A DNA stretch of 64,000 nt from Escherichia phage allfine. The notes beneath the pieces were generated by a model that saw nothing but the letters and a program-made list of their open reading frames with translations, was not told the origin of the DNA and did not search any database. Shown in pieces: positions 43,801 through 54,389 of the stretch; the stretch's first letter is position 1, and the number at the start of each line of letters is the position of its first letter. Made by a program: the position numbers and the translations under genes. Location: sequence record MN850633.1, one strand, 5' to 3'.

Positions 43801-44174
43801 ATAGTTTTACCATTATCACATGTGTAAAGATACTCTACAGAAGTTTGTGGTACAAGTATAGTGGTGCTACCACTAAGTACACTCACAAAATGAGTAACCT
43901 CACGATGCTGATGAGTTTTTACACAATTGTTTGCCTCCATCCATATCACAGTTTTGTATGAATAGAACACTGCCAAGACACAAAGGACAATAACCCCAAC
44001 TATCATGGCAAACTCAGGCAAAAAATCTGACTGTATGATGTCTCTAAATCGCATTACTCCAAGAATAAATAAGATTATCAGACATACAATCCCACAAACT
44101 GCTACATAAAGCCACAAGTCCATAATGTAACTCCAAATAAAAAGGTGATGTAAGCCTATCAAGACCCACACCAC
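43788..44174 (-). CDS. hypothetical membrane protein (128 aa)
   Basis: Multiple hydrophobic helices. Confidence 0.45.
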   Translation of the reverse strand: MVWVLIGLHHLFIWSYIMDLWLYVAVCGIVCLIILFILGVMRFRDIIQSDFLPEFAMIVGVIVLCVLAVFYSYKTVIWMEANNCVKTHQHREVTHFVSVLSGSTTILVPQTSVEYLYTCDNGKTIWWN

Positions 44175-44185
44175 CTTGTCAAGTT

Positions 44186-45133
44186 TTACATAGAGACTCT
44201 ATCACGAATCTCAGCGATTTTTGCATCATTCATTCGAGACTGACCTTTAATTTTTGTGAATGACAAGTACCCGCACACCCTGTTAATCACAGAAATATCA
44301 TGTGAATGACAAACCTCACATTCTTCAACATCAGCCTTTGGTCTGTCACCACAATGTTCACAGATTGCTAAGTCAAAGTTAAGTCCCTGATAGAAACCTT
44401 TCAACATCCCTCTTGTAATACAACTCTTAAGTGCTGATAAGTTTTCTGGATTAGCTACCCTTACATACTGGATTCTGCCGCCTCTACAGATATGGAAGAA
44501 GGGTTCTTCTAAGTCCTGCTTCTCAAATGGTGTAATATCTGCTGCAACATTCATATGGAAACTATTTGTAAAGTATTCTTTATCAGAAACACCTTTGATA
44601 ACGCCAAACATATCTCTGAACTGTTTTAACTGAGTTCCACAAAGTGATTCTGCTGGAGTGCCATATACCGCATACAAGAAGCCATCTTCGTTCTTAAACT
44701 CTTCAGTTTTCATGTTAATGTATGCCAGAACATCGTATGTAAAACTACAGCTTCCAACTTCATGAAGCCGTTTACCTTCAGCAAGAACAGATAGCTCATC
44801 AAGCGCAGTAACCCCAAAAGAAGCTGTGAAGGACTTCACAATATCCCAACCAACCTTGTCAGTAGGCTTCTTAGTTCCTTTGTACAGACCACCTTGTGTA
44901 AATGCAAGAGGGTTAGAACTTGCTGGCATATTGGCAATCATTTCATAGCGTTTCTTGTGGAAACTACGAATCATCTCTAGGTACTTATCAAGCTCTTTCC
45001 AGAAATCTAAACCATTCTCTTTAGAATACTGGTAAATCATTGGTAAGTTCAAAGATACAGCACCAATGTTAGCACGACCAACATAGAACTCTTCCCCATT
45101 ATCGTTAAGATATGGTGATAAGAACGCTCTACA
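44186..45133 (-). CDS. nrdD: anaerobic ribonucleoside-triphosphate reductase, exon 2 (C-terminal part)
   Basis: Begins CRAFLSPYL directly after predicted 3-prime splice site; C-terminal CEHCG...CEVC zinc site and glycyl-radical motif RVCGYL. Confidence 0.8.
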   Translation of the reverse strand, partial: CRAFLSPYLNDNGEEFYVGRANIGAVSLNLPMIYQYSKENGLDFWKELDKYLEMIRSFHKKRYEMIANMPASSNPLAFTQGGLYKGTKKPTDKVGWDIVKSFTASFGVTALDELSVLAEGKRLHEVGSCSFTYDVLAYINMKTEEFKNEDGFLYAVYGTPAESLCGTQLKQFRDMFGVIKGVSDKEYFTNSFHMNVAADITPFEKQDLEEPFFHICRGGRIQYVRVANPENLSALKSCITRGMLKGFYQGLNFDLAICEHCGDRPKADVEECEVCHSHDISVINRVCGYLSFTKIKGQSRMNDAKIAEIRDRVSM

Positions 45134-45875
45134 CTTGTTGTTCAGGTAAGTTCGCTAAGCTTACCCCGCTTTATTCAAGCTGCTTACTGTCGCCAGTAAG
45201 TCCAGACTATATCTTCTACTTATTTCTAAGTAGCGTACCATTTCGAGTCGCTTGACCCTACACCGCTACATTCATCACGGTTAGTCGTTCGGCATTTAGA
45301 TGTATTCAAACTCATATTCGAAGTTATTATGCTCTTTTACACCCTTCAATATTGAAGAGATGGTCTTGCGATTGTGTCCAAGTATATTGGATAACTCTCG
45401 TATTGACTTAGTAACAATAACTTCCTTTGTCACTTTGTGTGTGGCTTTCACGGCATATGAACGCTTGTGGAACTTGTAACATCCGTTCTCATAACCCTCT
45501 TTAGCATTCTCAGAATGAGTACCCCATTCTAAGTTAGATGCGTGGTTATTTAGTTTGTTATCGTCCTTATGTTTTACAATTGGAAGATTATTCGGGTTAG
45601 GTACATATTTCTCAGCAACTAACCTGTGGACATACATGTCACGATTCTTCTTACCGTAAAACCTCACTTTCATATACCCAGTGTTGGATTTCCACTGCGT
45701 AAGCTCTACACCATTTTCCCTAAAGACTTTTCCATCTTCAGTGACGTGATAGTTTGGCATGTAAGACTCCTATGTTGTATAGTTTCTTACATCGTACATC
45801 ATTTAGCACAGGATTGTCTACATCTGTAGAGTTTCCCTGTTTAGGCACGTTTTAGATGAGCTATAGAGCTTGTTA
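45134..45875 (-). mobile_element. putative group I intron in nrdD carrying HNH homing endonuclease ORF
   Basis: Exon 1 ends ...ISPMG then stop; exon 2 resumes CRAFLS in frame, reconstituting conserved PMGCR motif; upstream exon ends in U, intron ends in G; P7-like pairing CGACUAA / UAUAGUC. Confidence 0.65.
45296..45760 (-). CDS. HNH homing endonuclease (intron-encoded, 154 aa)
   Basis: HNH core HRLVAEKYVPNPNNLPIVKHKDDNKLNNHASNLEWGTHSEN; own AGGAG RBS. Confidence 0.8.
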   Translation of the reverse strand: MPNYHVTEDGKVFRENGVELTQWKSNTGYMKVRFYGKKNRDMYVHRLVAEKYVPNPNNLPIVKHKDDNKLNNHASNLEWGTHSENAKEGYENGCYKFHKRSYAVKATHKVTKEVIVTKSIRELSNILGHNRKTISSILKGVKEHNNFEYEFEYI

Positions 45876-47072
45876 ACCCATCGGTGAAATTACCTTGCCA
45901 GAACGCTCAAAAGCTTCTGCTACAGCACCATGACCAGATACACTTAAGAAATCTGGATACATTGCTTTAGAGCAGCACTCAATAGCTTTACTGTACAGGT
46001 GGCCTTGACAGATATTCTCATTATGTCTCTTCTGGTCATAAATATAAACCAGTTTAGGGAATACAACAGGCTTCTTGCTCTTACCTTGTCCATTCATACG
46101 AACATCTAGGAGAGTACTTGCAATTATATATTGCAGTCGGTTATCTTCATTGGACATATCTGAGTCAAGTAACCCGAATGTCAAAGTTGTGAATGCAAAA
46201 TCCCCACGACTACAAGGTACAGTATTTAGTTTCATTTCAAGTGACTGGAAACCTTGAGTTAGCTCAATCTGTAGCTGCTCCATGACATAATTGTGGTAAT
46301 GCTCTTTAGGAATACCATAAGATGCTGCTTTCTCAGCATGATAGCGTAGAGACTTCTTAGCATACGGTACAAGTACCTTATCAATCTCTGCTAAAGTAAA
46401 GCCACCAAATTGCTGTGCAGTTGCTGAAAGAACTACATCGCCAATAACCTGTAATGCTGACAGTACAGACTTCGGTTCACAATATTCAATGCCAGACATT
46501 TCAAAGCCACCTTTCAGCACTTTACCAATGTCAAACAGGCAACAGTTGATACCACCAAAAATTAGGTCTCTTAAATCATGGATATAGATAAACCCTTTTT
46601 CAATGGCTTCAAGTTCCTCTGGTGTTAAATGGTACTGCTTAAAGATTTCTTTAGTCAGGTAACCACGAATAATTGAACCTTTTGTAGAAATTAAACTGCT
46701 GTCAAAGTTAGCATTCTCCCTGTCACCTAAGAAGAGTGTATCTTTGGTCTTCTGGTAAAGTTCATCCCAATTTTGAGCAACCTCTTTACGGTAATTTCTA
46801 TATGTTGAGTAAGACTCATAAATCTCGTGATTGACTTCTGCCAAAGCACCCTCAACAATACTGTGAATATCATTTACAGAAATTAGCAAATTATTCTGTT
46901 TAGTAGATTTTACCAGAATCCTCATAAATGCTGACTCAAGAGCTTGGGTAACATCTGGTGGGAGTTCTTTATATCCAACCCTATTAGCTGACTTTGTGAC
47001 TGCTGCTAAAACTTTTTTGATATCAGGTTCTTCGAGTGAGCCATTCTTTTTAATAATCTGTACTTTGTTCAT
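45876..47072 (-). CDS. nrdD: anaerobic ribonucleoside-triphosphate reductase, exon 1 (N-terminal part)
   Basis: N-terminal ATP-cone-like start MNKVQIIKKNGSLEEPDIKKV; ends SPMG at predicted 5-prime splice site. Confidence 0.8.
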
Positions 47073-47090
47073 TATTGCCCCTTTACATGC

Positions 47091-47111
47091 TAAAAAGGTC
47101 TCCGAAGAGAC
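47091..47111 (-). terminator. rho-independent terminator
   Basis: Minus strand GGUCUCUUCGGAGACC hairpin plus UUUUU. Confidence 0.7.
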
Positions 47112-47120
47112 CCTTTCATT

Positions 47121-47327
47121 TTAAATCTTTTTAGAAAACTTCGCAAAGAGTTCTCTTAGTTTTTCAGTGATACCTAGCTGTATCTCTAATATTTCAAAGA
47201 TAACCCATAGTAACATGGCTCCAAACAATGAACCTTGTTCAAAATCAGTAAATAGGTTAACAACAAGCATACCAATCACAATAGCTGGTGCATCAACAAC
47301 CAAACCTTCCCAAAGGCGTTTAAGCAT
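47121..47327 (-). CDS. hypothetical small membrane protein (68 aa)
   Basis: Two hydrophobic helices. Confidence 0.4.
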   Translation of the reverse strand: MLKRLWEGLVVDAPAIVIGMLVVNLFTDFEQGSLFGAMLLWVIFEILEIQLGITEKLRELFAKFSKKI

Positions 47328-47562
47328 TATTCACCTCTGCCATAAAATTCTGTAGCGTTCCAACAGGTTTTAGGTTTTGACCGTCAGTTTTCATGATGAA
47401 TGGCATCTGACGAACTGGCATCTGTGCAATATCCATCAGGTCTGGCAGTTCATAATCCTGCCCTAACATTCTCACAACATGGTCAATACCACGAGCTTTC
47501 GCAAAATTCTTTGCAGTCTCACACTGAGGGCATCCAGTTTTGGAGTAAATTACATAAGTCAT
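47320..47562 (-). CDS. glutaredoxin/NrdH-like redoxin (80 aa)
   Basis: CPQC active-site motif near N-terminus; sits between RNR genes. Confidence 0.7.
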   Translation of the reverse strand: MTYVIYSKTGCPQCETAKNFAKARGIDHVVRMLGQDYELPDLMDIAQMPVRQMPFIMKTDGQNLKPVGTLQNFMAEVNNA

Positions 47563-48635
47563 TAAGGAACCTCTAAAAATCCACTATTCAAATCATCTAC
47601 AACAGTATTCAATAAATACGCACCGTTCTGTTGCTCCTGATTAGCATTCTGCTCTTTATCAATTTCCATCTTCTTAATCATATACTTCAAAGGTGGTTCT
47701 TTAGGAGCTACAAAATCTCTGGGAATGCCAAACATGTCATACAGTGGGGCAGCATTATAGTAAACCCACTCATGAAGAAGCTTTGTATTTAACCCAACTA
47801 CAGCACGTCCTTCGGAGAAGATATAATACGACCATTTCTCTTCACTTTCAACCACTTCATCTAAGATTACTTTAATCTCTGGAAGAATTTGTTGGAAAGC
47901 TTTTTGCCACTCATCATCTCTTAAAGTTTCTTTTAAAACTTCAATATCAATTTTAGTGTGAAGGATTTCGTCAAGCATAATTTTCTGGACAGCTTGAGCA
48001 ATACCCTGAAATTTATCTTGAGCATCAAGTGCAAAAGTACATGCAAAGGATGCCATAAAAGATATACCTTCCAGTGCAGTCACTGCAAATAGACCTTTCA
48101 GAATCACTTTATGGAAGTGCAAAGGGTCTTTGTCCAGAAGTGAGTCACGCACATAACTCAGACGATAGTTTATACCTTCATCCAGTAATTCTTCAAGAAC
48201 ACGATTCACAGTTTTTAATCGGTCTTGCACAGCAACATTCTGGTTAATCTCATCTAAGATTGTTTCAGGGTTTTTAATACATTGCCTTACAATCTCTGAG
48301 TAAGTAAGGGCATGTAGGTTTTCAATCTCAGACTGCTTCATAATTGCAGTTGCATAGATGTCATCAGAGATAAAGGGTGCAAAGGCAAATGCCAAGCTCT
48401 TAGCAACTTGAGTATCTGCTTCCCATTGCCACTTAAGAATCTCAAGCATTACACCTGACATTGATGCTGGAACACTCTCAAAATCAAGACGTGATTGTTC
48501 AAAAGGGAACTCATCTTCTGACCAGTCTTGTGCTTTTTGTTGTTTATAAAGTTCAAAGATTTTTGGGTAGTGCTTATTAAGTGAGTCAAAAGTTTTTCTC
48601 TCACCACCTAAAAAGATTGGGTGCTGGTTAATCAT
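47562..48635 (-). CDS. nrdB: ribonucleotide reductase small subunit
   Basis: Ferritin-like di-iron protein directly downstream of nrdA; start set at MINQHPIF with AGGAG RBS. Confidence 0.8.
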   Translation of the reverse strand: MINQHPIFLGGERKTFDSLNKHYPKIFELYKQQKAQDWSEDEFPFEQSRLDFESVPASMSGVMLEILKWQWEADTQVAKSLAFAFAPFISDDIYATAIMKQSEIENLHALTYSEIVRQCIKNPETILDEINQNVAVQDRLKTVNRVLEELLDEGINYRLSYVRDSLLDKDPLHFHKVILKGLFAVTALEGISFMASFACTFALDAQDKFQGIAQAVQKIMLDEILHTKIDIEVLKETLRDDEWQKAFQQILPEIKVILDEVVESEEKWSYYIFSEGRAVVGLNTKLLHEWVYYNAAPLYDMFGIPRDFVAPKEPPLKYMIKKMEIDKEQNANQEQQNGAYLLNTVVDDLNSGFLEVP

Positions 48636-48889
48636 AGCGTGATTTCTCCTTTCTTTATCATTTCTAAGGCTTGTTTTCTGTCTAAAACTTCCCAATTTTC
48701 TTTGTTGAACATCTCATAAGGTCTTGCGTAGATTTTACCATCTGCTGTAGAGATGTAAGAGATACCAGCAACCCATGAGTCATCCTTTTGTTTTATCATC
48801 ATGTCTGTGCTACTCACATAGTACATCGTTTTCCGAGGCTTGTGGAGCAAGTATATAGGTCGCTTATGTTTTTCTATTAAATCTTTCAT
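48632..48889 (-). CDS. hypothetical protein between nrdA and nrdB (85 aa)
   Basis: Start at internal Met MKDLIEKHK with GGAGAGAC RBS. Confidence 0.45.
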   Translation of the reverse strand: MKDLIEKHKRPIYLLHKPRKTMYYVSSTDMMIKQKDDSWVAGISYISTADGKIYARPYEMFNKENWEVLDRKQALEMIKKGEITL

Positions 48890-48944
48890 GGTCTCTCCAA
48901 AGTTATTTTTAGAGGGTCTTTTACGACCCTCATAGTTGTTAAAA

Positions 48945-51179
48945 CTAAACACCACAACCCTCGCAATAAGCATCTTGCAGTGCGGATTTACCTACACCAA
49001 TGCGGCTGTTAAGGTAGTACATGGTTTTCATACCTACCGAGTTGGCATAAATCATGTACTTCAAAGCTTGAGCCAATGATACCTTCTTAGACTTTGCATA
49101 GTCAACATAGAAGTCTGAAGAGATAGCTTGACCAGTGAACTTTTGAACAATTGCATAACAGTCAATCATATCAAAGGTGTCGATATCCCAAGCAATTTCA
49201 TAGACATACTTCAACTCTTCATAATCTGGAACAATAAACAGCACGTTACCAGTTGCAGACTTTTTAGTTAAAATAAAGTCACGAATTGGGTACAAGCCAT
49301 TTGTCGTATTAGTTGCTAGTGAAGAACTCTCATTAGGCATGTAAGCTTCTAATACAGAGTTTCGGATGCCACCGTTTTCTTTGATACGTTGTGCTAAGTC
49401 ATCCCAATCATATCTTAGTTTTGCATCATGCTTCTCATCAATCTTCTTGTTAGCTGTCTTTGGAGGAACCCAGCCTTCAGGGTACTTAGTGAACTTCATG
49501 TACTCTGGAACACCACGCTCTTTAGCAAGTCTCAGAGAGGCTTCATGCAGATAGTAAGAGTGCATCTCTGCAAGTTCATGAAGTTTCGTTTTACCTGCTC
49601 GTGAAGAGTAGTTCACGTAGTTCTTCGCAAGGTAATGAGCCACATTTGTAAGGCCAATCCCAACAGAACGACGCTTCTGAACATGGTTACGCATCGACGG
49701 ATACGGATAATCCATAAGGTCAATAACGGAGTCAACCATTGCAAGAGCATAATAAGCAACGTCAGCGTATTCATCTTCTGAAATTCTCCCTGCAACCAAA
49801 CTAGCTAGGAAGCAAAGAGCCACCTCACCATCCTCTTTCACAGCATCATCTCTGTAAAGGTCTGTCTCTTTCTCAAAACCATACACTGGCAACACAATTT
49901 CCATACAAAGATTTGACATCTTCAATGGTTCTTTAAATGGTGTATGTGTGTTCGCATTGTTAGTGAAGAATGGATACACACGACCTGTAGCATAACGCTG
50001 TTGAATAAACAGCTTAGCAATTTCACGAGCCTTGACTCGTCTATGTTTAACACCTGAATGTACTGCATGACCAACTGCCATAGCAAACTCATCAGCAGAT
50101 GCTGTGTAGAACATGTCATAGAGTTTTGGTGCATCTTTGTAAGAGAATAGCAACCAATCTGTATCATACTGAACACACTGCCAGAAATAATCGTTTGTGC
50201 CGAATGAGTAGTCCATCTCGTTAATGCGTTTAGAAGGAACCGTTGTAGGGTGCTTCAAACGCAGTAAATCTTCAATCTGCGGGTCTAGAGCAGTGTAGAA
50301 GTTATTAGCTGAACCACCACGACTCTTCTGTTTATTTGCCTCTACAGATGAACGTACAAGCTTGTAATAAGGTAGCTTACCCATGTGCTCAATAGTATTT
50401 TGACGGATACCATCACCAATAGTGCGAGTCTCCATCAGCATACCAATACCAGCTTGCTTTGTAGTCATATCATAAGCAACCTTTGCAGCAATACCAAGTG
50501 ATTCAGCAGTATCATTTGCCTTAATCAAACAGCATGACGCATAACCTGATTTAGTAGCTCTTAAACTATTTAAATAAGGTGTAGGAGCGTTAATCTTCAG
50601 GTCAGATAGGTAAGTGTACAGCTTGATAACATCTTGCAGTCTACGGTGCTTTGGTTGCTTCTCAAAGGCTTTCATAGCCATACCCATAAACATAAATTGT
50701 GGTGACTCAAAAAGTCTTCCCGTTTTAATATCACGGATACCATACTTGTCTCTGAACTGTTTCAAGACTGCATAACCGTAAGAGATATCTTTTGAGTGCA
50801 CGATGTAACCTTGCAGGTATTCAAGCTCTTCCTGTGAGTAATCCATCTTCTCCCAAAGTCCTGCTCTCTCCATATTTTTAACGAAGGTAATCAGCGTAGG
50901 AACCTTAGTAAAGCCTCCAAAGGCTTCTTTGTAGATAATCCCCAGAAGTAGCCGTCCAGCCATATCTGAGTACTCTTGAGTTTGTTTATCAACACAAACA
51001 TCAATCATGGCTTGGTGCATCTCTTTTGTAGTGCAACCCTCATAGACACGTTTCATAGCTTCCATAGTGACTTCTGACCAGATAATTCCACGCTTATCTG
51101 CCCATGATGCCCACTTATTCAGTCTTTCTGGGTCAAAGTTTACTACTGTACCATTTGATTTTTTAATTGTCTTAATCAT
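48945..51179 (-). CDS. nrdA: ribonucleotide reductase large subunit
   Basis: N-terminal ATP cone; class I active-site motif KMSNLCMEIVLP; 744 aa. Confidence 0.9.
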   Translation of the reverse strand: MIKTIKKSNGTVVNFDPERLNKWASWADKRGIIWSEVTMEAMKRVYEGCTTKEMHQAMIDVCVDKQTQEYSDMAGRLLLGIIYKEAFGGFTKVPTLITFVKNMERAGLWEKMDYSQEELEYLQGYIVHSKDISYGYAVLKQFRDKYGIRDIKTGRLFESPQFMFMGMAMKAFEKQPKHRRLQDVIKLYTYLSDLKINAPTPYLNSLRATKSGYASCCLIKANDTAESLGIAAKVAYDMTTKQAGIGMLMETRTIGDGIRQNTIEHMGKLPYYKLVRSSVEANKQKSRGGSANNFYTALDPQIEDLLRLKHPTTVPSKRINEMDYSFGTNDYFWQCVQYDTDWLLFSYKDAPKLYDMFYTASADEFAMAVGHAVHSGVKHRRVKAREIAKLFIQQRYATGRVYPFFTNNANTHTPFKEPLKMSNLCMEIVLPVYGFEKETDLYRDDAVKEDGEVALCFLASLVAGRISEDEYADVAYYALAMVDSVIDLMDYPYPSMRNHVQKRRSVGIGLTNVAHYLAKNYVNYSSRAGKTKLHELAEMHSYYLHEASLRLAKERGVPEYMKFTKYPEGWVPPKTANKKIDEKHDAKLRYDWDDLAQRIKENGGIRNSVLEAYMPNESSSLATNTTNGLYPIRDFILTKKSATGNVLFIVPDYEELKYVYEIAWDIDTFDMIDCYAIVQKFTGQAISSDFYVDYAKSKKVSLAQALKYMIYANSVGMKTMYYLNSRIGVGKSALQDAYCEGCGV

Positions 51180-51196
51180 TTTTGAATCCTACAGAT

Positions 51197-51218
51197 GAAA
51201 AGAGCCTCCGAAGAGGCT
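51197..51218 (-). terminator. rho-independent terminator
   Basis: Minus strand GAGCCUCUUCGGAGGCUC hairpin followed by UUUUC. Confidence 0.6.
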
Positions 51219-51225
51219 CCCTAGT

Positions 51226-51564
51226 TTAAATCTTGAAAATTTGCTCATTCTGCCACATATCGTAAAACTTATCACTTACTTTTGTGACTGAAGAAGTGTG
51301 CATACAATTCAGGGAGAACCATGATGATGTATTATCATCCATAAGTGTTTCAAGTTTTTGTGTAACATTCACACCCATGTCTGCAACAACGTAATTGCCT
51401 CGCATCTTGCAAACAATTCTTCCAAACAAGATTGCACTTCTCCCTCTTTGGTCATCACAGTACATAACTGTGTCTCCGTGCTTAACATCTTGTCCGATAC
51501 TATCAACACCTAATTTAGCACCTAAGATAATGTCATCATAAGATAGCTTTTTTGCTTTAGACAC
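51226..51564 (-). CDS. hypothetical protein (112 aa)
   Basis: ORF. Confidence 0.5.
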   Translation of the reverse strand: MSKAKKLSYDDIILGAKLGVDSIGQDVKHGDTVMYCDDQRGRSAILFGRIVCKMRGNYVVADMGVNVTQKLETLMDDNTSSWFSLNCMHTSSVTKVSDKFYDMWQNEQIFKI

Positions 51565-51889
51565 GGTATTTCTCCAAGTTTCTTTTTAGATACAACCAAC
51601 CATCGTCAGTTCTTTCTACACCCATAAAGAGGGGAGCCATCACGACTTTACCGAAAGTATTTCTGTGTTGGCAGATTTCAAAAGAATATTCTTTCTCAAT
51701 ATCAATCCCGTATTTGTACAGGACTGCTTTTAAAACTTGTTCATTGTCCAGAAGTGTATCTGGAGTCTCACCATACTTTTCAAGTAACGGGTCATTCATA
51801 AACACCGTCATAGAAATATTGTAGTTTGAGAAGTGGCTCTTCTGAGCCACACCCTCTTTATTAATGTTCTGTGAATCCATTATAACCAA
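51557..51889 (-). CDS. hypothetical protein (110 aa)
   Basis: ORF. Confidence 0.5.
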   Translation of the reverse strand: MVIMDSQNINKEGVAQKSHFSNYNISMTVFMNDPLLEKYGETPDTLLDNEQVLKAVLYKYGIDIEKEYSFEICQHRNTFGKVVMAPLFMGVERTDDGWLYLKRNLEKYRV

Positions 51890-52616
51890 CCCCTTTTAAC
51901 CAGCACTTCAGGTTATTAGCATCATAATTCAGTTTCGGGTATGAGGTTACATGGAACTGCTCACCATCATAGTAGACAATATCTGCAATCCATAGTCCAT
52001 TCTCTTTACAGAAGTCTTTATCTGCTTTAGAGGTAATTGGATTAACTTCTACAAAACCATCTACACCCAAATCCTTTAAGCTACCTACAAGACCTTTGCA
52101 GATAACGCATGTCTCAGATACTACCACAAAAAGTTCTTGGCTTTCAAGTTCTACAATGTATTCACCAAGCTGTACTTTAGGGAGATTCGATTGCTTCATA
52201 ATCTTCCCATCTGCTGCACGAACAATTGCATACCACTCTTTACCATCAACTACTGACATTCTGATAATACACTCTTGACCAGTACGCTTTTCAATGTCTG
52301 CAAGACGCTTTAAAGCTTCTTCATAGTCATCTGTGTACTTCAGGTCATTATTATGGCAAACAGCTTTCATAGCACCGTTATGGTCATGTTGTGACAGGTA
52401 AATCAAGCCGTCAAGAACATATTGTAAATCTGCCTGAGCATCCAGTGTCTCAATGGGGTCTTTCTCTTCAATTGCTTTTACAAGCTCTTTTGCTTCTTCA
52501 AGCATACACAGAGATTGAGATTTTAAAGATTCCCAATACTCATCACTGTAAGGTTGCTTTTGAGTGTTTCCACAACGAAGGTTCCAGTTTTTTACTGATT
52601 CTCTTGAGTTAAACAT
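51861..52616 (-). CDS. hypothetical protein (251 aa)
   Basis: ORF; acidic helical N-terminal region, CxxC (CVIC) in C-terminal half. Confidence 0.5.
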   Translation of the reverse strand: MFNSRESVKNWNLRCGNTQKQPYSDEYWESLKSQSLCMLEEAKELVKAIEEKDPIETLDAQADLQYVLDGLIYLSQHDHNGAMKAVCHNNDLKYTDDYEEALKRLADIEKRTGQECIIRMSVVDGKEWYAIVRAADGKIMKQSNLPKVQLGEYIVELESQELFVVVSETCVICKGLVGSLKDLGVDGFVEVNPITSKADKDFCKENGLWIADIVYYDGEQFHVTSYPKLNYDANNLKCWLKGVGYNGFTEH

Positions 52617-52855
52617 TCGGACTCCTTAAAATATTTGTTAACCTTTAGCTCTCGTGTTTCAATATATTCTAGATGTTCACGTAGCTCTTGACGTTTAAGC
52701 ATTAGGTGCTGCATTTGAGATTCAACAGCTTCAACTTCTTTAATTATTGACTCTTTAGCATTTGCAAGAATGCGCTCAAGTTCTTCAATCTTGCTGTCAA
52801 CTTTTGCTACATGGCTTACAGCTTTACTTTTGTTAAACATTTTATTCTCTCTCAA
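52592..52855 (-). CDS. hypothetical coiled-coil protein (87 aa)
   Basis: ORF, Glu/Lys-rich helical. Confidence 0.45.
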   Translation of the reverse strand: MRENKMFNKSKAVSHVAKVDSKIEELERILANAKESIIKEVEAVESQMQHLMLKRQELREHLEYIETRELKVNKYFKESECLTQENQ

Positions 52856-52861
52856 TAGTTA

Positions 52862-53359
52862 TCAAGCACAATTTGCTTTCATTACCTTATGGATTCTTTT
52901 TTCAGCATCTTCATAAGTTTCTTTAGTAATAAACTTAATTGCTGCAATATTGGCATTGTAGAAGAGTCTGAGCTTCGAGTCAATCCTTTTTGTCATTACA
53001 TCGAACTTATGTTGAAGGTTTGCTTCACCATAAACTAGACCACCTTTTGTGCAGTAGGTTTGGATAATGTAAAAGTCAAAAAATTCTTTTCCAAAGCTCT
53101 CAATATCTTTTTTAATATACTCAGAAGAAGTCTCGTAAGTCATCCAATCACTCTCCTTAGTGACTACCTTCTTCCGAGTCTTCCCAGCAACTTTTCTTTT
53201 GGTCACACTGTTAAACTGTTTCTTTCCTATATAATATTGTCCAGTCTTCTTACAATGTACTAAATAGACAAAGCCAAAATGTTTAGTTGGGTCAACTTCC
53301 CCACATAAAGATACCCAATGACCATAGGTGGGGCAATTGCCAAATCCTTTAATCTTCAT
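52862..53359 (-). CDS. GIY-YIG family nuclease, possible free-standing homing endonuclease (165 aa)
   Basis: N-terminal FGFVYLVHCKKTGQYYIGKK matches GIY-(10)-YIG motif. Confidence 0.6.
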   Translation of the reverse strand: MKIKGFGNCPTYGHWVSLCGEVDPTKHFGFVYLVHCKKTGQYYIGKKQFNSVTKRKVAGKTRKKVVTKESDWMTYETSSEYIKKDIESFGKEFFDFYIIQTYCTKGGLVYGEANLQHKFDVMTKRIDSKLRLFYNANIAAIKFITKETYEDAEKRIHKVMKANCA

Positions 53360-54389
53360 TCATACAAGGCTCCCAATTATATTTCTTAAAAGTAAAATCG
53401 TCTTTCTTGTTTCTTTCCTGATAAGCTAAGAAAAAGTGTTGCTGCATTAACTCTAAAGGTGTTCTGGTAATTGTTTGACCATCCCACGAGACATAAGTGT
53501 ATGACTCTTTCTTAGCATAAAGTTCATAGATAGCATCAAGACACTCTTTGTAAGTGGTTTTACCTTCAAGGGCTTTCATTATAGTAGCCTTACCAACACC
53601 CTTTAAACCAAAATAATTATCCGCATTATCACCAGCCACAGCTTGGTAACAAAGGAATTTAAAACCTACCCCAACTGTCTTCTTAGCTTTTGGTGTCGAT
53701 TTTATTGGACAATCCCAAATTTCACCAACGTTGTTATCAGCAATGAAAATCAAAGGTGACTTTTCATAGGTCATATCAATACAGTAAGTCCCTTCAGCTT
53801 GGCGAAGGTCTTTATCAATACTCATTAAGGCAGCCTTTTTTCCCATCTTTTCAGCTTTAGCAATAACGATAGAGTCAGCTTCAAATCCATCAAGAATCAA
53901 TTTGAACTCTGGTCTTGACAGAAGATATTCACGACAAGCAACTAAGTGTGTTGGTGTGACAGCATCTTTACGGTTACCTTGGTATTGGTGCTCAAGACCT
54001 TTAATGTCTTTGTGTTTATGCACACCTTTCTCTGTTAAATAACCTACCCAAGTTCTCTCTTTACCAACAACCTTAAGCCATTCCTGAAGCACCTGTTGAG
54101 TAGCCATGATAGCTTCTTTTTCACTCTTAGCTTCTTTCCAAGTCTGTCTTTCCCATTCATCTTCATCAAATGTCAGGCCAAGTTCTTCCACAAGGATTCT
54201 CTGGTCTGCTAACCATCTTGCAGCATCTTTTGCATTATCAAATGGTTCAGATTCTTCTGCTGTGAGTTTATTGACATATTTATATTTTGCTTTCTCAACT
54301 ACACAAGCACCTTTATAGGCAATGCTGTCAGAGTCAATAAAAACATGTGTAACTGAATCGGGAAGTTTTGTTAATGTGTACTTCTCCAT
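53349..54389 (-). CDS. 5-prime-3-prime exonuclease / flap endonuclease (346 aa)
   Basis: PIN-like N-terminus HVFIDSDSIAYKG, acidic cluster LILDGFEADS, H3TH motif GLKGVGKATIMKAL. Confidence 0.8.
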   Translation of the reverse strand: MEKYTLTKLPDSVTHVFIDSDSIAYKGACVVEKAKYKYVNKLTAEESEPFDNAKDAARWLADQRILVEELGLTFDEDEWERQTWKEAKSEKEAIMATQQVLQEWLKVVGKERTWVGYLTEKGVHKHKDIKGLEHQYQGNRKDAVTPTHLVACREYLLSRPEFKLILDGFEADSIVIAKAEKMGKKAALMSIDKDLRQAEGTYCIDMTYEKSPLIFIADNNVGEIWDCPIKSTPKAKKTVGVGFKFLCYQAVAGDNADNYFGLKGVGKATIMKALEGKTTYKECLDAIYELYAKKESYTYVSWDGQTITRTPLELMQQHFFLAYQERNKKDDFTFKKYNWEPCMNED

